A stretch of DNA of 64,000 bases, taken from NCBI GenBank assembly GCA_951406725.2, contig OX597817.1, positions 90,272,001-90,336,000 on the forward strand, in the 5' to 3' direction. Positions 43,877 to 56,539 of this stretch are shown piece after piece. Both the position numbers and the translations under genes were made by a program. The stretch is from Octopus vulgaris (taxonomy: Eukaryota). How positions within the stretch are numbered: position 1 is the stretch's first letter; each line of letters starts with the position of its first letter. Under the pieces are notes generated by a model, which saw nothing but the letters and a program-made list of their open reading frames with translations, ran no database searches and was not told the DNA's origin.

Positions 43877-45078
43877 CTCATATTTTGAAGAGGTCTTAGG
43901 CCAACAGGTTTTGGGGTCTGACGATATGCTATATAGTTAAACCCTTTATGCATAACCGTCTTTCCCCAGTAAAATATATATACTGCTCTACATCTTAGAG
44001 TGTACTTCTCTATATTTATATTTCCTACAAACGATATATATATATATATGCAGTTGGTTATGATGGTGATGAATATTCCAGCTGCTTGATCAAATGAGTT
44101 ACATAATCGTTAAATTACTGTGTAAGTGGCTGAGTACTCCACAGACACTCGTGGTTTTCATGTAATTGTTAGACAGTGCAATGACATGTGTGACAAGGTT
44201 AACTATTTTGATAACAGGTGGAATCCATCTGATGAGTTTCGACATAAGTTACTTTCACACTCAGTTTCTTTCACAATGCCTGGGTTGGCCTGAAGTCATG
44301 ATGGATGATACTTGCTTCAAGATGTCACATGGTGAGATCAAACCCATGATATCATGATTACATATCAAACTTTTTAACCACTTTGGGTTGATAGTGGATT
44401 TCTCATCAACACTTTTTCTTGGTAGATTTCCTGAAGAAGGGGCCCTAACACTGAAATATTGAAATATCAGGTAATAGTATTAACTATGGAACTGTAGTAT
44501 TAACTTTTTATAACTTGCATTGATTTGGCTTTAAAAATATATTTAAAACATTTATGCATCTATCAAATCACTTTTCATAAAAACTATACAACTGCTACAC
44601 ACACACACACGTATCCATTTAGTTTAGTTTGGCCAAAAGCCTAGTAATGTACTCTTAAAAGCTCCTATGCTTCTTGTTGTTGGCTACCACCTGTTAATGC
44701 CATCTCCCAGGGTAGTCCAATGGTATGAGTACACATGTGGAACTCCTTTAAGCTTATTAATAACAATAATAAATTCATATGCTTTATTTTGGAATGAAAT
44801 TATTTGATTGATGCAAAATAGTGTCCTTAAGGTCAGTAAATCAAGCTAAAAATATTTAGTAAAGCACTGCCCAAGGAGGCGTGCACATGAGAAATGCAGC
44901 TAAGAAAGTATTCAAATAGATAATTATTGAGAGTAATCTTAGGTAATATAATATGGATATGAAAAATTGCAACCTAATGATGGTGTGTGGTGCAGAAACG
45001 TACGTAATGATGCAGAAATAAAGACAATGAATTTCCATCCTAATGTTGTTGTTGTTATTATTATTAATATCATTATTA

Positions 45079-45128
<50 letters not shown>

Positions 45129-45242
45129 GAACAGCTATAAACTTTCTAAGCAAGGATTCAAACATAAATCCACATTTTTCCATATAGTCATATATATACA
45201 TACACATATATTTATACATACATACTCACATACACTCCCCCA

Positions 45243-45290
<48 letters not shown>

Positions 45291-46592
45291 CGCGAGTGCG
45301 ACGATTTGAAAATTTTAGGTCAGATATAAACTTTGCAAGGACGGAAATGCCTCGTGAAAATATCTGCTCCGTCTTGGGCTATTTCTTACTGAAGATTCTG
45401 AGGGCCTGTGGAAGATTGGCTTGATTTAATTTAATCAGGTTAGTTTACCATTAATCAGCAGATGAAACGGTATACCGTATAAGAAATTACAGGGTAAATG
45501 TTTTTTAAATTTTCTCCTGGTTTACAGAATTAACTTTTATTTGCGGTTGAAGCTTTGGCTGTTATTTCTAGTGGGTGAACGGCCTATTATGGCCGTTCCT
45601 TGATTGTTTGATGTTGAACTTAAAAATGGTCTATGACTATTTAATTTTTTCCTACTAGGCCGCTGGTGGCAAAAGAATTCTACAAAATTTTTTTGCCACC
45701 CTATATTGATTAATTATGAATTTTCTGGTTAATTCCGTAATGGAATCGACGGCTTATATTTATTTGCTGCCGATAAATTTGGCGCGAGTGCGATGATTTG
45801 AAAATTTTAGGTCAGATATAAACTTGGCAAGGTCGGAAATGCCTTGTGAAAATATCTGCTCCGTCTTGGGCTATTTCTTACTGAAGATTCTGAGGGCCTG
45901 TGGAAGATTGGCTTGATTTAATTTAATCAGGTTAGTTTACCATTAATCAGCAGATGAAACGGTATACCGTATAAGAAATTACAGGGTAAATGTTTTTTAA
46001 ATTTTCTCCTGGTTTACAGAATTAACTTTTATTTGCGGTTGAAGCTTTGGCTGTTATTTCTAGTGGGTGAACGGCCTATTATGGCCGTTCCTTGATTGTT
46101 TGATGTTGAACTTAAAAATGGTCTATGACTATTTAATTTTTTCCTACTAGGCCGCTGGTGGCAAAGAATTCTACAAAATTTTTTTGCCACCCTATATTGA
46201 TTAATTATGAATTTTCTGGTTAATTCCGTAATGGAATCGACGGCTTATATTTATTTGCTGCCGATAAATTTGGCGCGAGTGCGACGATTTGAAAATTTTA
46301 GGTCAGATATAAACTTGGCAAGGTCGGAAATGCCTCGTGAAAATATCTGCTCCGTCTTGGGCTATTTCTTACTGAAGATTCTGAGGGCCTGTGGAAGATT
46401 GGCTTGATTTAATTTAATCAGGTTAGTTTACCATTAATCAGCAGATGAAACGGTATACCGTATAAGAAATTACAGGGTAAATGTTTTTTAAATTTTCTCC
46501 TGGTTTACAGAATTAACTTTTATTTGCGGTTGAAGCTTTGGCTGTTATTTCTAGTGGGTGAACGGCCTATTATGGCCGTTCCTTGATTGTTT
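45291..46592. repeat. tandem array of a ~492-bp unit, ~2.65 copies
   Basis: Units start with CGCGAGTGCG at 45291, 45783 and 46274 and differ at only a handful of positions. The array is bounded by (TA)n on both sides. Confidence 0.95.
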
Positions 46593-46615
46593 GATATATA
46601 TATATATATATATAT

Positions 46616-46693
<78 letters not shown>

Positions 46694-46725
46694 TTTATTT
46701 AAAGCAGCAGAAAATTCAACAACAT

Positions 46726-46763
46726 CTGTTACTCTGAGTTTCTCGTTGCCGTTCATCAGACAG
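46726..46763 (-). ncRNA. minimal type I hammerhead ribozyme motif (Penelope type)
   Basis: Minus strand reads CTGT-CTGATGA-ACG GCAA CGA-GAA-ACTC A GAGT-A-ACAG. It has the full core, stem I CTGT/ACAG, a GNRA-capped stem II, a palindromic stem III and a GUA site. Confidence 0.72.
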
Positions 46764-46828
46764 TTTTTGCTAGAATGGAACCGATATATCAATTCAATCC
46801 AGACTCTTACAAACGTTACACCTTTATA

Positions 46829-46992
46829 TGTTTATTTTCCAAAGCAGCAGGATGATATTTGAGAAAATATTGGCTGCTATTTCTAGCATAATAAATAACC
46901 CTGCAGAGTTTCATTGGTTGGCATTTATGTAATGCAGCATGTATGCATGTATGTATGTACCTTAATATATGTGTGTGTGTGTGTGTGTGTTC

Positions 46993-47050
<58 letters not shown>

Positions 47051-47378
47051 ATATATATATAGAGAGAGAGGTATGTGCAAAGGTTTTTTAGTAAGCAGTG
47101 TCAATTTTTACGATTCTGTAAATAATTATAATAACAATATTTTATAAGCTTAAAGCTTATAAGTGATCACTGTATATTGACTAAAGAAATAGTCAAATAT
47201 TTGGGCATATAAGCTCATGACAGAAAAAGTAGGGATTTCCGTATGCATGGGCCTTGAATCCACACCTCCTTGGATTCAAATCCCATGCATACAGAAAACT
47301 CTGCTTTTTCCTTGTCCCAATATTAGACTCTTTTCTTTATTCATGACATGGTGAGTGTTAACAAGCTTTAAGCTTATA

Positions 47379-47433
<55 letters not shown>

Positions 47434-47896
47434 TGCACACACTAACACACATGAAACACAAATGGGTTAAAGGTTCACTACAGCTGAATCACATGCATTT
47501 TTTATTAATGAATAGTTTGGTTTCATCATGAAAAAAAAAACTGTTTTCTTCAGATGAATTAAAAGTTCAAAATCTGGTCTGGAGAAAAAATACCAAGACG
47601 TGGAAAGAGGACTGACCCTCTCATTTTAGCATCAGTGAAGAGAGTGAAGTTTAGCCAGATTTCATAGGCTTATGTGTCACAAAACGATCAATGGGCAGTG
47701 TCACATTAAATGATTTCAATTAAATTAAATTATTTCAAACTCAGATGTATTTGTATATGGTATAAACACAGATTTGCAGATCTCGATCCTTGCTTGTTAT
47801 CTTAAATATCTTGATTCTAATGAGCCCAACAAATAATTTATATATAAATATATATATATATATATATGTATGTATATTCATATATATGTATGTATA

Positions 47897-47931
<35 letters not shown>

Positions 47932-48139
47932 AGATGCACACATCAAATTTAGGCAGACACATACATATGCACAAATGCAATCGCACTAACTATATTTAGA
48001 GAAAGAGACAGTCACATACACACATATACACAAACTTACTACATTTAGACATATACAAACTGCTGCTTTCTCCATACACTCATCACATTTCCAGATATAT
48101 ACATTCACACTCATCTATGAGTTATATATACAGGGAGAA

Positions 48140-48171
<32 letters not shown>

Positions 48172-48366
48172 TTATTTATTAATATTTCACAGAAATAATG
48201 GAGTGACTTGTGCGTTAGCACTTATCAAAGTTTGGGAAGTGGCAATGCATGAAACTCTCTGACTTTGAGTCACTCTATTTCTTTTGCTAAATATTGATAA
48301 AAATATACATATACTCATATTTTGAGTTCTATTTCTCCTGTTTGCATCAACATACCTCTCTCTCTA

Positions 48367-48406
<40 letters not shown>

Positions 48407-48563
48407 CGAACACACACACACACATATTAAGGTACATACTTACATGCATACATGCTGCATTACATAAATGCCAACCAATGAAACTCTGCAGGGTTATTTA
48501 TTATGCTAGAAATAGCAGCCAATATTTTCGCAAATATCATCCTGCTGCTTTGGAAAATAAACA
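46829..48563. repeat. 123-bp inverted repeat pair (46829-46951 and 48441-48563)
   Basis: The arms are reverse complements with one visible mismatch, separated by ~1.49 kb. Confidence 0.9.
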
Positions 48564-48890
48564 ATTAGTAAAAGCATGGTATATATTGCCAAACCATACT
48601 TACTTGCTAATGAAGGCTATGGTTTGTGTGCATGTGTGTGTGATTGTGTGTGTGTGTGTGTACATGTGTGCATGTATGCATATGTGTGTGTGTATAAATA
48701 TATAAATATATCTATCTATATGTGTGTGTGCTGCTACACACACACACACACATATATAAGCATACATGCATGTGTATATATGTGCGTGTACTTATATATT
48801 TATATTATGCATGTGTATATTTAGCTGTATCTGTCTGTCTATGCATGTATGCATGTATGTATGTATGTATGTATGTATGTATGTATATAT

Positions 48891-49195
48891 ATACATACAT
48901 ACATCATCATCATCATCATCATCATTTAGCGTCCGCTTTCCATGCTAGCATGGGTTGGATGGTTCAACTGGGGTCTGTGAAGCCAGAAGGCTGCATCAGG
49001 CCCAGTCTGATCTGGCAGTGTTTCTACGGCTGGATGCCCTTCCTAAAGCCAACCGTAGAAACACTGCCAGATCAGACTGGGCCTGATGCAGCCTTCTGGC
49101 TTCACAGACCCCAGTTGAACCATCCAACCCATGCTAGCATGGAAAGCGGACGCTAAATGATGATGATGATGATGATGATGATGTATGTATGTATG
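48891..49195. repeat. near-perfect long hairpin built from an RTE 3' tail
   Basis: Arms 48891-49029 and 49053-49195, with a 23-nt loop CTGGATGCCCTTCCTAAAGCCAA. Confidence 0.95.
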
Positions 49196-50108
49196 TATGC
49201 ATGTATGCACACATGCATGCAAGCTTCCTTGCTTTCCAACTATATTATTTCAGTCCCACTGAATAGCACATTGGGCAAGTGTCTTCCACTATAGTTCTGG
49301 ACCTTTCAAACCCTCATAAGCGGATCTTGTAGACAAAAACCAAAAGAAACCAATCACGCACACACATAGAATTAGATATGCTAATGCATGACAAATTACC
49401 ACAGAAGGTTGAGATTTGAATAACATCTACATGAAATTCCCATAGCAATATGATGCTATTGGTGGAGTATTAATATGAATTAGGGCTATTACAAAGCTGG
49501 CAGAACCACATACAGTTTAAAAGAATAACAAGATAACAAACAACTGGTATTTCATAGAATTCATTATGATCATATCACTATTCGATAATCAATAAATATT
49601 ACACGCTAAATCAGTTATCAACCTCATCCTCAGATGATATGTGTATGTGTGCTGATATATATATATATGTATGTGTATATATGTATGTATATATATATAT
49701 ATATATATTTTTATTTATTTTATCTTTTTTCAGTCATTAGGTGTGGCCATGCTGGGGCACCACCTTGAAGAATCTTTAGCTGAATGAAACAACCCCAGTA
49801 TTTATTTTTATTTTATTAAACCTAGCACTTATTCCATAGGTCTCATTTGCCAAACTGCTAAGTTATGGGGATGTAAACACAAAAACATTGGTTGTCAAGC
49901 ATTGGTGGTGGATAAACACAGACACAAAGACACACACACACATATATGATGGGCTTCTTTTAGTTTCCATCTTCTAAATCTATTCACAAGGCTTGGTCAG
50001 CCTGAGACTATAGTAGAAGACACTTGCCCCAGGTGCCACACAGTGGGACAGAACCGAGAACCATATCATTGGGAAGCAAGCTTTATACTGCGTAGCCATG
50101 TCTTCACC

Positions 50109-50171
<63 letters not shown>

Positions 50172-51659
50172 CTGTCAACTTTTTCCATTCAAAGGGCTTT
50201 TAATCCAATATTTGCATTATTTGCTTTATTTGCTTCAAGATTCACCATTTAAAAAAAAAAATTATTTCCCCATTCTTATAGGTTCTAAAATTTTTATGAT
50301 ATCAATATGACACACACATAGCCATGATATAATCAGTTGCACATAGATATGCAGTAAAAACCAAATTAAAACCAAATGCATCACTTCCAAGTAAGTGTAG
50401 TCTAGTATGAAGACATCTTCTTGGCTCTCCCTGCCTTGAAGCAGTGGAGCATTACAGATGTAATGGCTTTGAGAAAGAGGGTTACACCTGTACTGAGTTG
50501 CAACTCATTTCAAGTGAGTGGACGGAGCAAGTAAAAGGAAGTGCCTTGCTAAAAGAATATATGTTGCTCAGTCTCGGAATCAAACCCAAAACCTTACGAT
50601 CATGAACTACCCATCACAATACAGTAATCGACTATATATACAATGACACATACAGATTTATATATGGATTTGAAGATTTGATGCAACCATATTCTGATGA
50701 TCTGAAGATCTAGCCTTCTATATCTACATTCATTCGTAAAATGTAAAACAGTGCTATGCAGTTTATAGCATACATACTTGTGCAGACATGTAAAATAAAT
50801 ATACACTAAAATAAATTGTTTTTGCATGATGTTGGCTGTGAAACAACCATCATCCTATGGATATCAACTGGTGAAATAAATATATTCGTCTCATACCTCC
50901 TGACTTTTTTATATTCTACATATACATACATATACTAACTATATGTGCAAACACATATACCCACTAACTATATACATGGACATGTATACACGTACATAAA
51001 AACCCTAAACTCTACAGAAAAAACACCCACACATACTTACATACACTAACTATACATACACACATGCATATAATACTTAGTTTAATGATCACAGTATACA
51101 AATGATTAAGCATTATTTCCATTTACTTAATCACTCACAATTTAACTATATAGGAACACAAACAGTATTAGCTGCTCTTTAAAATGATATAAGCTTAAAC
51201 ACAAAAAATTTTAATGAACTTAATGCAATCGTTGGCAGTATCAACAATACCACAAATTAATCATCTTTAACTAAAGATTTGAAACATTATTATTTGTTTT
51301 TTTACAATAAAATGGAATGTTTGCATTTCAGATAAAAAAGAATATAGTTGGAATTGCATTTACAAAAGAACATTTTATAAGTTCAATGATTATGCTATCT
51401 TGAATTTCTTCTCATTTTTGGCAATAAACCACACAACTCTTTCAATTTCCTGGATATCCTTAATTAAATGCAGGTAATTCTTGACTTTGTAAGTTAATTT
51501 ATTCTTAATTATTGCTTGTTAATTCAGAACTTTAAAATGGGAGGCTAGGGTGTTACTAACTCTTGCCAACAAAATTTGGCCTCAGACTCAGCTGTCAAGT
51601 GTATTCATCAACACACACACACACATGCGTGTATGCCCACATGCATGTACACAAACACA

Positions 51660-52035
51660 CATACACTTTTAAAAATTATGAAAAATACATTTTTTATTTT
51701 TGCTACAAAAATAATTCTTGTAAAGATGTAAATTCTTAAATTGGAAGTCAGAAAAACAAGAACTACTTGTACATTTGTTGACCTACATCTTGGATATACA
51801 TCTTGGAATCGTGTTGTCTACTACAGCACTAGGATTTTCTTGCTTTTGGTGAATTCCTTGATTATTCCTGTGGTATAAAAGCAAACTGTAGTCATGGTGA
51901 AGAGGCTGTGACTGACCTGAATGACTCTTGATATATGGAAGCACTATCTTCTCCAAGATCTCCAGAAAACCTGTACTTTTTAAGATGCCCTCGAAAGGCA
52001 TCCAAGGGACAGATGGGGATATCAAATGAGGGGGC
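51660..52035 (-). pseudogene. Tc1-like transposase relic
   Basis: PFEGILKSTGFLEILEKIVLPYI resembles the Tc1 catalytic region. The rest is frameshifted. Confidence 0.45.
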
Positions 52036-52355
52036 AAATTTAGTCTACCACCCTAGTAGAAAGAAAGTAGTATTTGGACTTAACTGGTAATCAAAGGGAT
52101 GTAAGTTCGAGTTACATGGCTGGTTGGTGACATATTTTTCTGCTTTGTACGGATGTTTTATCCTGTCTCTGCTGTTCTATCAGCGTTTGTGTATTTGGAA
52201 ATAAATTATTATCTTATTTGTATTTCACAATACACATTTCAGTGCTTCTAAGGCAAACATTAGTTTGTTTACATTTATCGTAATAAAATTGCAGCCATAC
52301 AGCACTCTGCTCAGAAGCTTTATAAGTTCTAAAATTGCAGATTAATTTGTCAGTG

Positions 52356-52428
52356 GGCAGTTTAGCTTAAGTGGTAAAGCACTTGACTGGTAATCATAAG
52401 GATGTGAGTTTGAGTCTCATGGCTGGTT
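52356..52428 (+). pseudogene. tRNA-like sequence (Thr, GGT anticodon), probably a SINE head, with a tandem degenerate copy at ~52068-52130
   Basis: GGCAGTT TAGCTTAAGTGGTAAAGC ACTTGA CTGGTAA TCATAAGGAT GTGAG TTTGAGT CTCAT GGCTGGT folds into a cloverleaf with mismatches. Confidence 0.55.
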
Positions 52429-52624
52429 GCTGAAATATATTTCTGCTTTGTATGGCTATTTTATCCTGTCCTATCAGTGTTTGGAAATAAATCATTATTT
52501 TATTTGTATCTCACAATACACATTTCAGTGCTTCTAAGGCAAATATTGGTTTGTTTACATTTATTGTTATATATATACACACACATTTATACATAAATGC
52601 ATGTATGTGTCTATATACATATAT

Positions 52625-53820
52625 ACTGGTGTGAGTTACAAGCTTTTTTGAATTTTCACCGGTGATTTTTGGCAATTAGTATCTCCATTTTATATCTTTA
52701 ATTTGAAAGAACTTGTCCAATTGTTGCTGAATTGTTTATTCTTTATTTTCATATATAACATAGAATCATTAATTGTCTATTCTTTATTTTACAGGTTTGA
52801 TAATGAATAGTGGAAAAAATTGCATTAAGAGTAATTTTACACTACCTGGGTAAGGGCAGCAACAAAAGAAATTAAAGATGTAGAAGGCCCAGGAATGAAC
52901 ATGTGACACAAAACTGATTCAAATGTTTCAAGGAAAGTGACACCAGCCTTGAAGACAAACCAAGGATAGGGAGACCTGTTGCAGAAGTTGTGGCTTTGCT
53001 TGAAGTGGCTCACCAGCCAAGCACAAGCACTTATACATTGCTGGCAGAACACAAAGCACCACCAATCAACACCTCCATAAGCTTGGCCTTGTGAACAGAC
53101 ACTGTCAAGAAGCTCCTCAGGAACAGACTAATGATGAAGCACAACCATGTTTTAACATTTGCAAACAACTGCTGGCAAATCCTTGAGATGCCTGTTTTTG
53201 GCATTGAATTACAACTGAGGATGAAAAATTGATCTTCTTTCATAATTCTAATAAGAAAATCAGTAGCTTCATTATGGCCCGGCTTTAAAATCTGTTGTCA
53301 AATAAGGGCAGTTTGAACAGAAGTTTATGTTGTGTGGTTGGTGGAATTTCAACGAGGTGTTGCTTTTTGAATGTCTCAGATGGTCATGAGAACACTATCT
53401 TTTATGCTCAACAACTGCAGTGAGTATACGATACTTTGGAACCCAACTACCTGGCATTGGACAATCGAAGACATGTACTTCTACAGCATGACAATACCCC
53501 AGCCAACACTGCCATTGTGACCAGGCACAAACGAGAACTTGAGAGGCTGGAAGTGTTGCCACTCCCTGCCCACAGTCCAGATCTTGCACCATCAAATTAC
53601 CACCATTTATGAGCCATGGTTTATTTCCTGCTTGGACGGAGGTTCAACAATGTGGCAGAGGGAGAAAATAACCACAGAGAGTTTTTTGCTTTTAAACTAG
53701 CCAAATTGTATAAACATATAATTGAGCTTCTGGCATAAAGATGGCAACAAACAGTAGAATATGGTAGGATATATATTGATCAATGAACACTTTTTGTATG
53801 TAATCTGTTTGAACTATTAA
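52625..53820 (+). mobile_element. mariner (DD34D-type) transposon fossil
   Basis: Remnants FKCFKESDTSLEDKPR.GRP, ML..W.WNF, LQHDN and W..LP.PAHSPDLAPSNYH are spread across frameshifts. Confidence 0.8.
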
Positions 53821-53899
53821 TTAAAATTTCAAATACAAAAAAACTTGGGATTTAACCTGTGATATGAATATGCGTATGTGTGTGTGTGTATATATATAT

Positions 53900-53954
<55 letters not shown>

Positions 53955-53960
53955 TGTGTA

Positions 53961-53992
<32 letters not shown>

Positions 53993-54967
53993 AATGAAAA
54001 ACACATTGTAAATAAATGACATATAAAAACCGTATATGAATAGTGAGGGAACAACCAGACAGGAGGTATACATTTTTTATCTGTTGTTGTTGATATTTAC
54101 AAGACATTTTTTCATTTATTAAATAACAGTATGCATGCACACCTGACTTTTTTAACAGTAAGTATATACACACACACGCACACACACATATATATGAATA
54201 TATATGTATACATATATATGTATATACATATATATGTATACATATATATGTATACACACACACACATATATATATATATATATGCACATACACATGTATA
54301 TGTGTATACATATATGTGTATATACATATATGTGTGTGTATTTGTGTGTGTGTATGTGTTGTGTGTATGTGTGAGTGTGTGTTCTCGTGAATGAGTGTGT
54401 GATTTCTTTTGTGTATATGGTTGTGCAAGTATAGAATGTGTGTGTCACCAGCTTCATTATCATCACAGCAGTCACTGACATCACTCCCCCACAATTACTA
54501 TCACAACTATTCTCACTACTACCACCACTCCCCTCATCCACCACCATTACAATGCTCACCACCACCAACATCTCCACTGTCACCGGATTCCTCAACTCAA
54601 TTCCTACTAAAAGCAGCACCCTTCTATCCATCCTTCACCTTTTAACCATCACCACTACTCTTCTCTATTCCTATGCTTTGATCCATGTGATACTCACACA
54701 TTATCAATTGGTCCCGCCATCTAAAGGTCACTTAACAACAACAACATCACCATTATCACCATCATTACCATCATCATCGTCACCTTCAACAACATCATTA
54801 TCATCATCAACATCACCATCATCATCATCCACAGGAATAAAGCGATGATTACTGGTGGTGGAGGTGGTCAACACAAAAATATTACTGACATATAACATCC
54901 CTGATTCTGATATGGTATTACAAGACAACTCATACAAATCAGCTATTCATCATCATCATCATCATCA

Positions 54968-55033
<66 letters not shown>

Positions 55034-55274
55034 TCATTATTATTAAGGTGGTGAGCTGGCAGAATCATTAACATGCCAGGTGACATGCTTATTGGTATTT
55101 CATTTGTTGCTATGCCCTGAGTTCAAATTTCGCCGAAGTCGACTTAGCCTTTGATCCTTTTGCGGCCAGTTCAATAAGTATCAGTTATACACTGGAGTTG
55201 ATGTAATCAACTTAATCCCTTCCCCCAAATTTCAGGCCTTGTGCCTACAGTAGAAAGGATTATTATTATTACTT

Positions 55275-55707
55275 TTGAGTGAGAGAGCAGTGCATGCCAT
55301 CAAAATGACACTGGAGTAAAATATATGAAGCCCAGTATACCCATCATGACTACTCGTCTGGTAAGGGTACATCAGGCATGTGCATCACAACTATATGTGC
55401 CTGACATGGTAATCTCATATCAAGATAATCAGTACATAACCTTGCAGGTGGAGCTCAATTAAAATTTTCTTCTGATTGAGTAGCCTGTCCCACTCAAAAA
55501 GGTCCCTGAATAAGGGTTGTTTAAGGATGTTGAACAAAACACCCATGTTTTCAGAGGTGAATTATTCAAACCCCAAAGAATTCCTCTCAACACATGGCTA
55601 TGATGCTCCCTGACTACTTCTGCTCATGATCAGAGATGCACATATCATCAGCCACTAAGGGTCATGCTCCACTGGTAAAGGTCAAACAACTGACAAGTAA
55701 ATGTGTG

Positions 55708-55710
<3 letters not shown>
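55275..55710 (-). mobile_element. second copy of the unclassified TAA-associated repeat
   Basis: Homologous to 32875-33235 and flanked by (TTA)n. Confidence 0.7.
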
Positions 55711-55748
<38 letters not shown>

Positions 55749-56539
55749 TACTACTACTAAGGCGGTGAGCGGGCAGAATCATTAGCATGCTGGATGAAAT
55801 AGCAGTATTTTGCCCATTTTGCATTCTGAGTTCAAATTCTGCCAAAGTTGACTTTGCCTTTCATCCTTTCTAGGTCAATAATTTAAGTACCAATGAAACA
55901 CTGGGATCGATGTAATCAACTAGTCACCTCACCCAAAATTTCAGACCATGTGCCTATAGTAGAAAGAGTTATTATTAATATTAGTAATACCATGCTGAGG
56001 CCAACATTGCTTATTAGCCCTCCAGGAATAGATAAAATAAAGTACCAGTAAAGTACTAAGGTCAATGGTGTATTGACTAATCCTCACCTCTTGAAATTGC
56101 TAGCCTTGTGCTTAAATCAGAAACCATTATTATTGGTGTTGTTGATGTTGATGATGTTGTTGTTATTATTAGGTCAGTGATTTTGTAGAATCATCAAGGT
56201 ATCTGAAGTGGTATTTCTTCAGGAAAGAAACTGGAAAAGGGCACTTTCTCATGCCTCAGGGATGACTGAGTAATATGGGATTTTTGTGTGGGGTTTACCC
56301 CAGATTACCCTAAGTGGACTGCCTTGCTATTGAGGATTCTATTTATTTATTTATTTATTATTCATTTTTCTAATTTCTATTATATATCCTCTGTTATATC
56401 TCCTAATGTGGTAGTATCGCCCTTTGATCCATGTAAGCCCCACCTGTGTTTTTTTTTTGCTTTGTTTTGTGTGCTCTGGTATTGTCCTCCATGTCTTGGG
56501 CCCTTGAGGCCAATAAAAGAAATCGTTATTATTGCTATT

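Noticed and set aside
45455-45485. GAAACGG-TATA-CCGTA in the 492-bp unit looks like hammerhead stem III with a GUA site
   Set aside because: No correctly placed CUGANGA box or stem II was found upstream or downstream, so the array is not called a retrozyme.
45655-45675. CTCF-like motif GGCCGCTGGTGGCA in the tandem unit
   Set aside because: It is one base short of the core spacing, and a short match is not informative.
54438-54848. Thr/Ser-rich mucin-like ORF (also 62480-62698)
   Set aside because: Degenerate (CAT)/(CAC) trinucleotide repeats with no splice or homology support.
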